From contig JAQTYF010000001.1 of the NCBI GenBank assembly GCA_028688415.1, positions 272,627 through 336,626 of the forward strand: 64,000 nucleotides of DNA. Reading direction: 5' to 3'. Positions within the stretch are counted from its first letter, which is position 1; each line of letters starts with the position of its first letter. This DNA comes from Candidatus Moraniibacteriota bacterium. GTDB lineage: Bacteria > Patescibacteriota > Minisyncoccia > Moranbacterales > UBA1568. The notes below the pieces were generated by a model. The model was not told the origin of the DNA, ran no database searches, and was given only the letters and a program-made list of their open reading frames with translations. Below, one piece after another: positions 8,663-18,630 of the stretch. Both the position numbers and the translations under genes were made by a program.

Positions 8663-10402
8663 CTATTCGTCAAGAAGATCTTTCCATGAATGCATGTTTC
8701 TAATAGTTTCAGCTTGCCTTGTTTTCTGTGCTTCTATTTTTGAATCAATGCTGTAGAGGATGTTAATTTTTGGTTTCAAATAGATGACATTCATAATTCC
8801 AAAAGATTTAATTTCCATAACATCAAATAAATCAATAAATTGGGACAGGTCATTCTTTTTTTTATCCGTACTCATCTGTATTGAAAAATATTCCCCGTCT
8901 CTAGATAGTTGTTTCTTATCGAACTTGTTGAGGTAGTCGTATCCTTTTCCTTGAAGGAATATCCAATATGTCGGTTCATACTCAGATTCTGATGAAATGA
9001 AAATTTTTGCATCTTTATTCGGGACTTTCTGCTCTATATAATCTGTAATTTTCTGGTGTATGAAGAATGGGGTTCTATAATAATTCGGAAAAACATCCTC
9101 AGTTTCAACTTCGATCATTATTTCTTCTGAATTATTGAGTTGTAAGAAACTATCTGAAATTTTTGTTAAGTTTATTCCTACAATCAATAGCGTAGCAATA
9201 ATAACAAGAGCACCGTTCAATATTTTCTTTTTGAAGTTTATTTGTTCAAATATCAGCCCTAAAAATATAAATGCAAGGGGGGCAAGTACGAGATAAAATC
9301 TTGGATATATGTAGAGTTTTTTTAATGTTAGAGATATAAAATAAAGACTTCCAATGAATAGCCACAGTCCAGAAATTATCAAAAAGTCTTTCTGTATAGA
9401 TCTTTTTTTAATAAAAAAATTCCACACAATAAGCAAAATCGAAATCATGTAAAAAAGTAACGCAGAGAGTCTCCAGAAGAAATCTTCTTTACATGTTTTG
9501 CAAAACAGCCCAAGCGAATATCCATTTGGTCTACTTGTATTTATTCTATCTTCACCCGTTAGGATAAGAAAAAATTCTCCCGAATTATATCGGAAATTCT
9601 GTACTATTTTTTCAGAAATATTCTTTTTTTCTTTACTTGATCCAGAAATTTTTTCAATAAATAATTTTGAATTAGACCAATCATATTTAATTTCATGTAC
9701 GATGAGAGGGGAGTAAATAAGAACTGAAAATAAAATCGCATATATTACCGTTCTTAATGGGAAATGAGGACGTTTAATCAAGAGAAAAAGGATATATGTT
9801 GGAACTATTATAAATAATCCATTGAAGTGCAGTTGACTTATTATTGAGAGAAGTACCAATGAAAGTATAAAAAAAATATTTCGATTTTTCTCTTCTACAG
9901 AAATACTCCTCAATAATAAATAAAACATTGCTAAAATAAAAAATGGCAAGACATTTGGGTTCCAAGAAAAACGAGCGTATTGGATCATGTAAAACGAAGT
10001 GGAATAGAGAGCTAATAGTGACAATGATATGAGGTGAGAAAAATATATACGTGCAAAAACGAAAAATAACGGCAAGGATGCAAGCGCAAGGATAAGGTTG
10101 GGCATCGCATGTCCTGATGGCGTATTTGCAAAAATTCTTCCACCAAGGTATTCAATGTAGTAATATGCTGGTCCTATACGCAGTTCCTCTGCCCCAGCTC
10201 TTGGTCCAAGGAGTTTTAAGTTCCCAATTCCACTTTGGACTGCTGGCGATGTAATGAGAAAATCATCGACCTGATCTGTCTCAAAATGAAGCCAATCTCC
10301 GAAATGATAGGTGCGTAAAAAAAATCCTATACCAAAAATAATAATCAGTGCGATATGAAATTTTCTTTTTTTACCAAACTCAATAATTTCTTTTGAAGTC
10401 AT
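8663..10402 (-). CDS. GT-C fold membrane glycosyltransferase (ArnT/PMT, GT39/GT83-like); AT-rich paralogue
   Basis: The N-terminal FFLRTYHFGDWLHFETDQVDD motif is shared with the 12838-14625 product. About 11 TM helices plus a C-terminal soluble domain. Very AT-rich (I/K/N/F). Confidence 0.75.
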   Translation of the reverse strand: MTSKEIIEFGKKRKFHIALIIIFGIGFFLRTYHFGDWLHFETDQVDDFLITSPAVQSGIGNLKLLGPRAGAEELRIGPAYYYIEYLGGRIFANTPSGHAMPNLILALASLPLFFVFARIYFSHLISLSLLALYSTSFYMIQYARFSWNPNVLPFFILAMFYLLLRSISVEEKNRNIFFILSLVLLSIISQLHFNGLFIIVPTYILFLLIKRPHFPLRTVIYAILFSVLIYSPLIVHEIKYDWSNSKLFIEKISGSSKEKKNISEKIVQNFRYNSGEFFLILTGEDRINTSRPNGYSLGLFCKTCKEDFFWRLSALLFYMISILLIVWNFFIKKRSIQKDFLIISGLWLFIGSLYFISLTLKKLYIYPRFYLVLAPLAFIFLGLIFEQINFKKKILNGALVIIATLLIVGINLTKISDSFLQLNNSEEIMIEVETEDVFPNYYRTPFFIHQKITDYIEQKVPNKDAKIFISSESEYEPTYWIFLQGKGYDYLNKFDKKQLSRDGEYFSIQMSTDKKKNDLSQFIDLFDVMEIKSFGIMNVIYLKPKINILYSIDSKIEAQKTRQAETIRNMHSWKDLLDE

Positions 10403-10464
10403 ATACTGTGATTTGATCGCTTTAAATATCTACTTCGAGAAATCTATCATAGCTACGCCTTCTG

Positions 10465-12735
10465 TTATTGTTCAAAACGAAATACTTTGACAAATTGCGA
10501 GGGTCGATTGTTGATATCGATTTCAAAAATTGGATTTTTCTTCGTGTAGTATTGGTCGAAACGGATGAGACCTGGTTCGTTTGTTATGATATCACCACTC
10601 ATCATCTTGGTCGTGCGACTCTGCCGACCCGAAGAAACAACAATGTAATCAAGCCCTTCTGTGTGGAGTCGGTCATAATTGAGACTGCTCATACAGCGAC
10701 CAATGAAGAATTTGCAAACACCCTCCTTGTCGGTCCAGATAAGCATATTTTCAGCTTTGGGGAGTGTATTCAAATATCTGGCGACTTCATAGCTTCCTGC
10801 ACCCATATCTTTCATATCCGTACTATACTTGTTCGGGAGGAACATTGATGCGTAACTGAGAGAGAACGGTGTTGTGAAAAGTGTCAGTCCTCCGAAGAAA
10901 AGAACAAAGGATGCGATGAAAACTGGTGTCGGCATTTCTTTCACAGAGAATCGCTTGTGGATGAGGATGAGGAAATGCTCGAGTGTGATACCCGCAATGA
11001 TCGCCACGAGAGGGAAAATAATGATCTGATAACGGACGATAGCGGCGACGTGGTTGACAGTCGTACCGAAATAATAGAGTAAGACAAAAATGATGAGATA
11101 AAAAGAGGTGCGGAGAGCGACGGATTCTGTCCACTGTTTTTTCAGAAAAAAGAGTGGGGCAATGAGTAATGAAAGAAAAACAATCGGCGTGACACCAAAA
11201 ATCATCGGGTAAAAATTCGTCAAAAAGGCACCAATAAGGTCACTTTTCCCAGAAATGGTCTTGGGTGAAGCGAGGAGATCCATAAAAGGGTAAAGCGTCA
11301 TACCAGACCAGGTGTTCCAGAGGGTAGCAATGACAGAGAGGAAAAAAATTCCGCCGATGAAAAGTGCGAGTTCGTGTCTGATTCTTTTCAAGAAATCAAG
11401 AATGATACTGGTAAAACGAGATTTATTCAGCCATTGGTCGATCAGGATGAGAGCAATAAGAACGAGAAAAATAGGTGCAACTTTTTCGAAGGCCTGACTG
11501 AAGAGGGTCGAGGTGAGGAGTTTGCTTGGCTTGACCCAGACAGCAGGGAAGAGAATGAAGAAAGTAGTCAATGCTGAGAAGGTAAGAAGAGCAAAGTGAC
11601 TGAGTGATTTCTTCAGGTACATGGCAAAGGGGATGAGAGTGTTTTTGGGATGATAGAGATAGTCGAGGAAGATGAGCCCAAGGAAAAAAACAAAGAGGAT
11701 ATTGGCGACGTATTTGGTGAGGAGTGCGAGACCGAGGAAGATGCCAGAAAAGATGAGGTAACGAAAAGACCCTCGTTTCAGGAAGACGAAATAGGAGAGG
11801 AGAGACAGTGGAGAGAAAACCCAGAGAAGCGAATCAGGATTCACTATTTTGGTCATCCCGACCAGAATAGGAGAAAGGGCGATGAAAACAAAACTAAAAA
11901 GTGCTCGTCTCCTCCCGAGGAGTCGCTCGAGAAAGAAATAAAAGAAGGGTAACATCAGTGTGACGAATAGGAGAATAGGGAAACGGAATGCGAAATAATA
12001 ACTCTCGACACCTTTTTTGAGGTTGAATACTTCGCCTTCTGAATGAATGGTTTTGTATTCATTGGTAGATTTGAAAAGTGTGCCTGGTCCTGTAACGAGA
12101 GCTACAGTGATGCCTGGTTTGTCACTGATACCAGTACCTCTCCAGTCTCGTTCACCGATATTTTTCCAGTATTTAGCGATACGACCGTCGATCCAGAGCG
12201 GTTCATCGACTGCTGCGTACTGTGTCAATCGAGACAAACCGAAAACAAAAAACATCCCTGTAGCGATGATTATGAGAAGAAGTATTGGTAATCCTTGGGC
12301 AATGAACCATTGCTTGCACGAGAGAGCCTCTGTATCTCTGTCAGTACATGAAGAGTGTTCTTTGTTGATAAAAAAGGTAGATATCAGTATACCTGAAAGG
12401 ATGCCATACGTACCGAGAGCAATATCGAATATATAATGGAAAGAACGTGACGTATTCATCCCGTAGAGAAGTGTCAGTACACCAGGAAGCCAGATAAGGA
12501 GAAAGGTAGTGAGTTGCTTCTTCCAATCGAGTTGAGAAGAAAAGTAAGCAATACCTCCAAGAGAAAGCACTGTCAAAGCTACGAAGCCGAAATAGAATGG
12601 ATCATTGTTGGTAAAAAAAGAAAACGATATATTTTTTTTGGATTGCGCGATGATGAAGAGAAACATCCAGAATGCGCAGAGCGCAGATACACTACTGTAG
12701 AAACGATTTTCTCTGCCATTGAAAAGAGTGTACAT
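10465..12735 (-). CDS. large GT-C fold membrane glycosyltransferase (PMT_2/ArnT-like) with extra C-terminal domain
   Basis: A 756-aa protein with many TM helices, a PMT_2-like core (…KYVANILFVFFLGLIFLDYLYHPK…) and a C-terminal roughly 150-aa soluble part. Confidence 0.7.
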   Translation of the reverse strand: MYTLFNGRENRFYSSVSALCAFWMFLFIIAQSKKNISFSFFTNNDPFYFGFVALTVLSLGGIAYFSSQLDWKKQLTTFLLIWLPGVLTLLYGMNTSRSFHYIFDIALGTYGILSGILISTFFINKEHSSCTDRDTEALSCKQWFIAQGLPILLLIIIATGMFFVFGLSRLTQYAAVDEPLWIDGRIAKYWKNIGERDWRGTGISDKPGITVALVTGPGTLFKSTNEYKTIHSEGEVFNLKKGVESYYFAFRFPILLFVTLMLPFFYFFLERLLGRRRALFSFVFIALSPILVGMTKIVNPDSLLWVFSPLSLLSYFVFLKRGSFRYLIFSGIFLGLALLTKYVANILFVFFLGLIFLDYLYHPKNTLIPFAMYLKKSLSHFALLTFSALTTFFILFPAVWVKPSKLLTSTLFSQAFEKVAPIFLVLIALILIDQWLNKSRFTSIILDFLKRIRHELALFIGGIFFLSVIATLWNTWSGMTLYPFMDLLASPKTISGKSDLIGAFLTNFYPMIFGVTPIVFLSLLIAPLFFLKKQWTESVALRTSFYLIIFVLLYYFGTTVNHVAAIVRYQIIIFPLVAIIAGITLEHFLILIHKRFSVKEMPTPVFIASFVLFFGGLTLFTTPFSLSYASMFLPNKYSTDMKDMGAGSYEVARYLNTLPKAENMLIWTDKEGVCKFFIGRCMSSLNYDRLHTEGLDYIVVSSGRQSRTTKMMSGDIITNEPGLIRFDQYYTKKNPIFEIDINNRPSQFVKVFRFEQ

Positions 12736-12837
12736 AAGAGTTTTTCACGTTTGCTTTGAGATTTAAAATGGTTTAAAATAGAAGAAAGAACTCTCGCATC
12801 CTAGCATAAATCAGGGAGAATAGAAAGTGCACTTGAT

Positions 12838-14625
12838 ATGTTCCATTTTTCATCAAAACAGTGGGTAGTGGTTGGGCTTGTGGTTATTATGTCACTGGGA
12901 TTTTTCTTGCGTGCGTATCATTTCTCGGACTGGTTACATTTTGAGCTTGATCAGGCTCGTGATTCCCGTGTCATCGACGATGCGCTCTCTGGCGGGCCCG
13001 GAGAACTTACTCTTCTCGGACCAAAAGCTGGCGGTACGTCACTTCGTTTGGCACCAGGATTCTATTATCTAGAGTATGTAAGTGCGCTCCTATTCGGTGG
13101 AACACCTGACGGTATGGCAGTTTTTGTGATGGTATTTTCTATTCTTTCATTACCGATCTTTTATCTCTTCATTCGGAGATTTTTTGTATGGAGAATAGCA
13201 CTCGGACTCACGCTTCTTTTTTCTGTGTCAGCATACGCCGTGATGTATGGACGTTTCGCATGGAATCCGAATCTCATCCCGTTCTTTGTCTTGCTCGGAT
13301 TCTATGCCCTCTTACGGTCAGTCGATCCTGAAGAATTACGGAGGGACAGGTGGTTTCTTGTTTCAGTGTTTTCACTCGCACTGGCAACACATTTTCATTT
13401 TCTTGCATTCCTCGCTCTTCCGATAATTCTCCTTCTTTTCCTCCTCATCAAACGACCAAAATTTACGTGGAAAATATGGCTACTAGCTTTTCTTATACCG
13501 ATTTTCCTTTATATGCCGCTTCTTCTGAATGAAAGAGAAACAGGCGGAATCAATACACAAGAATTCTTCAAAGCGGTGACTGAAAAGTCAGATAATGAGA
13601 AGTATTCATGGCTTGAGAAGGCGATTCGTGACGTATCAGAACATGCACTAGCTGGAATGGTCATCACTACTGGTTTCGAAGGAGGAATGTTTCCGGCAAT
13701 TATCATCCCCGGCGAGAATGAATGGGTGGGACACAATTGTGATAGTCGTTGTGACGAAGGAAAATGGCACGGAGTGGTAGCTGTTTCTGTCTTTCTTCTC
13801 AGTTTGCTCGCTCTCGGATGGTTCTGGTTTAAGAGTATAGAACAAAGAAAAAGTGATTTTCTCCTCTTATCGGGTATATGGTTCGGTGTGACATTCGTAT
13901 TATTCTTACCTCTAGCATATGATATTGCTCCGAGGTTTTTCCTCCTTTCTCTTCCTCTCTTCTTTATCCTTCTTGGTCTTTTCCTCTTTGCTGTGAGAAT
14001 AATTTTTAGAGAAAATAGAATTATTCGGAAAATAACCTGGTTTGTACTCCTGCTCTTTGTTTTACTGAACACATCTTTTTTGTTCGAACGTTTTGATGAA
14101 CTGAGACAAGCTGGTACTGTCGCTATCGATAGTCCTCCAGATCGTATTTTGAAAGAACGCATCAGGGTAACATTGGAGCAACAAAATGCCATTGTTACTT
14201 TTCTTGGAGAACGTTCAGAAGAAAATGGCTATCCTGTCTATATGTGGAGCGAGCCCCAGTACCGTCGCGCACTCAAGTATCTGATGGAAAAACGAGGGAT
14301 AGAGAATGCGGTTCTAGGATTTGATGGAATCTATCGAGAGGGTGTTTATTATCTCATCTTACGCGCTCAGTCCGACCTCGAGGATGCTTTGAAAAAATAC
14401 AGGGTACACTATATCATCGGTGACACAACATCTTTCGGAACACTTGTCGCTATCGAACTCACACCGAAACCAGAATCTATCGAGAAAGAACGTCAGGATT
14501 TCTCAAAAACAGAAACAGTAGAAGTTAAAGCATCGCCCCGGTATACCTGGCGAGAACTCTGGGAGAGGAACTCTTCTCAATTACAGAGTACAGAGGAAGA
14601 TAGAGAGGATACAGAAGATAATTAA
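12838..14625 (+). CDS. GT-C fold membrane glycosyltransferase (ArnT/PMT-like), paralogue of 8663-10402
   Basis: Carries FFLRAYHFSDWLHFELDQARD...LLGPKAGGTSLRLAPGFYYLEY, which aligns residue-by-residue with the N-terminus of the 8663-10402 product. Confidence 0.78.
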   Translation: MFHFSSKQWVVVGLVVIMSLGFFLRAYHFSDWLHFELDQARDSRVIDDALSGGPGELTLLGPKAGGTSLRLAPGFYYLEYVSALLFGGTPDGMAVFVMVFSILSLPIFYLFIRRFFVWRIALGLTLLFSVSAYAVMYGRFAWNPNLIPFFVLLGFYALLRSVDPEELRRDRWFLVSVFSLALATHFHFLAFLALPIILLLFLLIKRPKFTWKIWLLAFLIPIFLYMPLLLNERETGGINTQEFFKAVTEKSDNEKYSWLEKAIRDVSEHALAGMVITTGFEGGMFPAIIIPGENEWVGHNCDSRCDEGKWHGVVAVSVFLLSLLALGWFWFKSIEQRKSDFLLLSGIWFGVTFVLFLPLAYDIAPRFFLLSLPLFFILLGLFLFAVRIIFRENRIIRKITWFVLLLFVLLNTSFLFERFDELRQAGTVAIDSPPDRILKERIRVTLEQQNAIVTFLGERSEENGYPVYMWSEPQYRRALKYLMEKRGIENAVLGFDGIYREGVYYLILRAQSDLEDALKKYRVHYIIGDTTSFGTLVAIELTPKPESIEKERQDFSKTETVEVKASPRYTWRELWERNSSQLQSTEEDREDTEDN

Positions 14626-14644
14626 TATAAAGAACACATATCCT

Positions 14645-16168
14645 ATGAGCTGGAAAAGTACGCTGAAGATTCTCATACTGATTCTCGTACTGGGCACTGC
14701 CGTACGTCTCTATAATCTCGATCAGAATTCATTCGTATCGGACGAGTTTCTCGATATGAATTCTTCGTATGGCTACACACAAACAGGAGAATGGAAAGCG
14801 TGGGATTTCAATTTCGGCAAAGTATCAGAAGTGAACAAAAACGTCCCACGTGATGAACGGGCAACCATCTACAAATGGCAAGTGGCGCAAGTGTTTCATC
14901 TCCTTGCACCGACAGAGAAGAATGCAAGGCTTGTGAGTGTCCTCTGGGGAGTCATTTCAATGGGCGTTATTTTCTGGTCTGCGTACGTTTTTACCAAACG
15001 GAAAGAAATCGGCCTTATCGCATCACTTCTTTTTGCGTTTTCGATGAGCGGTATCATATTCGATCGGACACTGCGTATGTACGCGATGTTCCTCCCAATG
15101 TATCTCGCTACTTCGACGTTTGCTTTCCTCGCACTAGAGAAAGAGTATCTCGGGAAAGTTTCTTTCTTCCGTCTCCTCTGGAAAAAATATGGTATCAATG
15201 CACCGTATATTCTTCTCGCTGGAATATTTTTTGTGCTTTCTCTTCTGACACATCAATTGACAGGGACATTCGTATTCTTCATCGCTGTGTATCTCGCAGT
15301 GAGGGCATTTCAAGAATGGAGACAGAGGAATGGATTGGTGAATAAATATGCTCTTCTATTCGGTTCTTTCGTCATCGCGCTTTTCCTTGTCGCAATTTTC
15401 TTGCCAAAATTCTTTCAATCGTATGCTGCTGGTCTCTTTTTCTTCGAGAATAACTATGGATATGTGAAATATATCTTAAGAGAATATTATCATCCGTTGC
15501 TTGGTGTAATTCTTCTCGGATTTGGATCATGGTGGCTCGCCAAACGTGAAAAATTGACGAAAGAGTCACTTTGGCTCACGCTTTCTCTCCTTATACCGCT
15601 CTCTATGGCGATATGGCTGTGGCGACGGAATATGGGTGCGCAGTATATCTATTTCGCGGAATCATTCGCCGGTATTCTGACAGCCGTCGGCATTTTCGGT
15701 CTCTGGAGATTGATGAGTGAGAAATATACTCTCACGACCAAGAGATCACTTCTTTTGTTGTCCCTCGTTATTGTACTCGTACCAAATTTCGGATACTTCT
15801 TCCTCGAGAACAATACGTATCACGAAACATCATCAGGAAGCAATCCGAACTATCGAAAAGTGCTCACCTATTTTAAGAAAAATCAGCTCGCTACTGATGT
15901 CCTCGTGACGCGCAATATGCGGAATTACTATTTTGCAGGTGCCAAGGTACCAGTATATGATCTTGGCGATGAGATTTCCAAAACGAAACTTTCACAACAA
16001 GATATAGAGAAACTGATGACAGAATACAAAACTGGATGGATCATCCTCTCTGATAATGACTATGATTACGTCGCCAAAGGTATGAAAGAATATTTCGCAA
16101 AAAATCTTGTGAAAGTGAGCAATGATCAGGTGCGTGGTTCTATTGATGTTTTTACTTGGGGACGATAA
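14645..16168 (+). CDS. GT-C fold membrane glycosyltransferase (ArnT/GT83-like)
   Basis: Begins MSWKSTLKILILILVLGTAVRLYNL and contains VSDEFLD, the DE acidic loop-1 motif of ArnT/PMT. About 11 TM helices. Confidence 0.75.
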   Translation: MSWKSTLKILILILVLGTAVRLYNLDQNSFVSDEFLDMNSSYGYTQTGEWKAWDFNFGKVSEVNKNVPRDERATIYKWQVAQVFHLLAPTEKNARLVSVLWGVISMGVIFWSAYVFTKRKEIGLIASLLFAFSMSGIIFDRTLRMYAMFLPMYLATSTFAFLALEKEYLGKVSFFRLLWKKYGINAPYILLAGIFFVLSLLTHQLTGTFVFFIAVYLAVRAFQEWRQRNGLVNKYALLFGSFVIALFLVAIFLPKFFQSYAAGLFFFENNYGYVKYILREYYHPLLGVILLGFGSWWLAKREKLTKESLWLTLSLLIPLSMAIWLWRRNMGAQYIYFAESFAGILTAVGIFGLWRLMSEKYTLTTKRSLLLLSLVIVLVPNFGYFFLENNTYHETSSGSNPNYRKVLTYFKKNQLATDVLVTRNMRNYYFAGAKVPVYDLGDEISKTKLSQQDIEKLMTEYKTGWIILSDNDYDYVAKGMKEYFAKNLVKVSNDQVRGSIDVFTWGR

Positions 16169-16182
16169 GATTTCCTCGAAAG

Positions 16183-16212
16183 AAAAACCAGCAGTATTAT
16201 TGCTGGTTTTTT
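16183..16212. terminator. bidirectional terminator hairpin (ccagca-gtattatt-gctgg + T-run) between convergent genes
   Basis: AAAAACCAGCAGTATTATTGCTGGTTTTTTG; symmetric A/T runs. Confidence 0.7.
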
Positions 16213-16229
16213 GTTTGAGACAGATATCT

Positions 16230-17714
16230 TTAAGAAAGCCCTAGTATTTTTCGGAAAGGCTGTAAATCTTCATTGGTGAGTACTTTACAAAGTCTGAGAA
16301 AGAGGAAGTAAGCAAAAAAGAGAATGGTTCCAGAGAGAAGGAAACTATAAGTACCATGAGGAAGAGCGTGACTGGCAAGAGAGATAAGTATAGCCCCGAT
16401 ATGAGAGAAGAAAAGAGTATGAAAAGAGAGTTTCGTGTGAAAATGTATCTTGGTATAGACAAGAATACTGACCATCAGAAAAAGAGAAACAAGAGTGGTT
16501 GAAAGAGATGCTCCGATAAGTCCAAACGTCGGTATAAGAAGAAAATTGAGTACGATCATACCGAGGAATCCGAAGAAAGCCAGCTTCATCGGAATTTTCA
16601 CGAGACCGGCACCATTCAAAGCGAAAGAAAGAACATAGAAAACTGTGAGGAATCCGACACCAATAGTGAAAATACTCATCGGAACCACTGCTTCGAGATA
16701 CTCTCTACCATAAAAAAGAGTGAGTATCTGCGTCGCATACGCAATGAGAAGCGTAATCATCGGGAACAAGAGGAATATGAGAAGACGCATCGATTTATTG
16801 ACGAGATTCTCTGTTTCTACGGTATCACGCTCGGCGGTTGTTTTGGAAATAGCCGGGAGAAGGATGATCGTCAGTGCATAGAAGAGATAGTATGGTATAC
16901 GTCCGACGGTAATGGCGGCATTGTATATACCGGTGAGGTAATCACTTTGGAGGAGGCTTTTGACAAAATAGAGATCAAACGTGAGAATAAATTCATAAAA
17001 AAGAAGGAATAAGGTAAGGGGACCGGCGTAGGCAAGAATGGTTCTTCCGGAAAAAGCAACCACCTCATCTTTCGTTTGTTTTGTTGAAGGAAAGTAGCGA
17101 TGAGTGATGACGATATCACATACGAGAGCAATCAGGAAAATAAAAAGTGGGGCAGCGATGTAGCCCGAAACAGCACCCTCTACACCAAAACCTTTGGGCG
17201 TGAAAATAAAAGCAAAACCGATAATAAAAAGAATACGACCGAGAGCACGCATAGTTTTGAGGAATGCTTGCAAACGAAAGAAATGAAGTCCGGTGTAATA
17301 ATAGAAATAAAATGACGCTGCAGCAAAAGCAGGAATGATGAGTGAGGACAATTGGAAGAGTGGAGTGAGTGTGACATCGTGAAGTGCCCAGGCGATGAGA
17401 GGTGACACAAAGAAAAACACCGCGGTCACAGACAGCATCAGTATCGCCTGAAGCTTCATCGCTTTGTATTTGATCCCGAGAATTTTTTCTGGGGCACTCT
17501 CGAAAATCTCTGCCAGATATTTCGACATCGCCGTCGGGATACCATTGCCGATGAGTATAATAACCATCGTGGTCAAAGTGACGATGAGACTGAAGCGACC
17601 ATAGTCAGTCGGGCCCAGAATGCGTCCGACAGAAGAATGAATGATGTAGCCTGCGATATTGAAAATGATTTCTGACATCGTGAGCCAGATGAGTGCGGTA
17701 GAGAATTTTTTCAT
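16230..17714 (-). CDS. wzx: oligosaccharide/polysaccharide flippase (Wzx, MOP superfamily)
   Basis: Begins MKKFSTALIWL and has about 14 TM helices typical of the polysaccharide biosynthesis protein family. The ORF extends to 17738, but MKK at 17714 is the likely start. Confidence 0.75.
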   Translation of the reverse strand: MKKFSTALIWLTMSEIIFNIAGYIIHSSVGRILGPTDYGRFSLIVTLTTMVIILIGNGIPTAMSKYLAEIFESAPEKILGIKYKAMKLQAILMLSVTAVFFFVSPLIAWALHDVTLTPLFQLSSLIIPAFAAASFYFYYYTGLHFFRLQAFLKTMRALGRILFIIGFAFIFTPKGFGVEGAVSGYIAAPLFIFLIALVCDIVITHRYFPSTKQTKDEVVAFSGRTILAYAGPLTLFLLFYEFILTFDLYFVKSLLQSDYLTGIYNAAITVGRIPYYLFYALTIILLPAISKTTAERDTVETENLVNKSMRLLIFLLFPMITLLIAYATQILTLFYGREYLEAVVPMSIFTIGVGFLTVFYVLSFALNGAGLVKIPMKLAFFGFLGMIVLNFLLIPTFGLIGASLSTTLVSLFLMVSILVYTKIHFHTKLSFHTLFFSHIGAILISLASHALPHGTYSFLLSGTILFFAYFLFLRLCKVLTNEDLQPFRKILGLS

Positions 17715-17940
17715 AATTGTTTTATGTAAGTATAACAATAGATTTGTTTCTCAAATTTTTTATAATCCCGATTGCTGTCCGAACTTTTCACGACTCATCA
17801 GAGAGAAAATCGTTGAGCCTCCTCGAGACAAGCTCGACTCTCAACGACTTTTCTTGCTCCGATTTCATTGTGAAAGTTACCGGTGCAGCAATCAATGGCT
17901 TTTAAAAAACCTGGGGAACAAATCTCTACGGAATATCTTC

Positions 17941-18588
17941 TTATATTTTATTCAAAATTTCTTGGAAAATTGTTTGCTGGTCTCTATCGGCATCGATAAC
18001 CGTCATATTCCAGAGAGAAATTTTTTCTTTGAAAAGGTTTTGTTTTGTTCGGAGATATTCTCGTCCTTGTTCTGGTGGATTTTCACGAGACATGATGCGT
18101 TCTGGAGCAACATCAAAATAGAATGCCTTGTCTGGGTGAGGTAAGAGATATTTTACACACCATGTCATCCCCGTGTAGACAGGGATCCAGAAGAGGGTAG
18201 CAAGAAGAGATTCCCGCCTCCGTGGGAATGACACTTCCAGAAGATACTCCACATTAATAAGAGAATCATAGAAATATCGATCCGAGAGGAGATAGTCACA
18301 ATTCTCTTTTTTCAATCTTCGCATAAGAAAACGAAAACGTAAGATATCGAGAAAAAGAAATTTCTGACGCACGATAAGAGAAAACCATGATGTATTTGTC
18401 ACTGCTTTTTCTTTCCCTGCTTCAAACGTCTTCTGTCCCTTGAAAAAACGAGCTATCTTGTTTGCGAGGGAGAATTCGACAGCATGAAAATACGCTACGT
18501 TCCAATTCTCGCGTTCGAGTTTCTCTCGGAGGAGTTTCAGTTGTGTGGATTTCCCTGATCCGTCCACTCCGGACAATGTGATACACTT
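17941..18588 (-). CDS. tmk: thymidylate kinase-family P-loop kinase
   Basis: Contains MKCITLSGVDGSGKSTQ (P-loop) and LLSDRYFYDS (DRY motif). The ORF allows a start at 18627. Confidence 0.6.
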   Translation of the reverse strand, partial: KCITLSGVDGSGKSTQLKLLREKLERENWNVAYFHAVEFSLANKIARFFKGQKTFEAGKEKAVTNTSWFSLIVRQKFLFLDILRFRFLMRRLKKENCDYLLSDRYFYDSLINVEYLLEVSFPRRRESLLATLFWIPVYTGMTWCVKYLLPHPDKAFYFDVAPERIMSRENPPEQGREYLRTKQNLFKEKISLWNMTVIDADRDQQTIFQEILNKI

Positions 18589-18630
18589 CATATACCGAAG
18601 AGTAGCAAAAAGTGCTATTCTAGGCAATGT

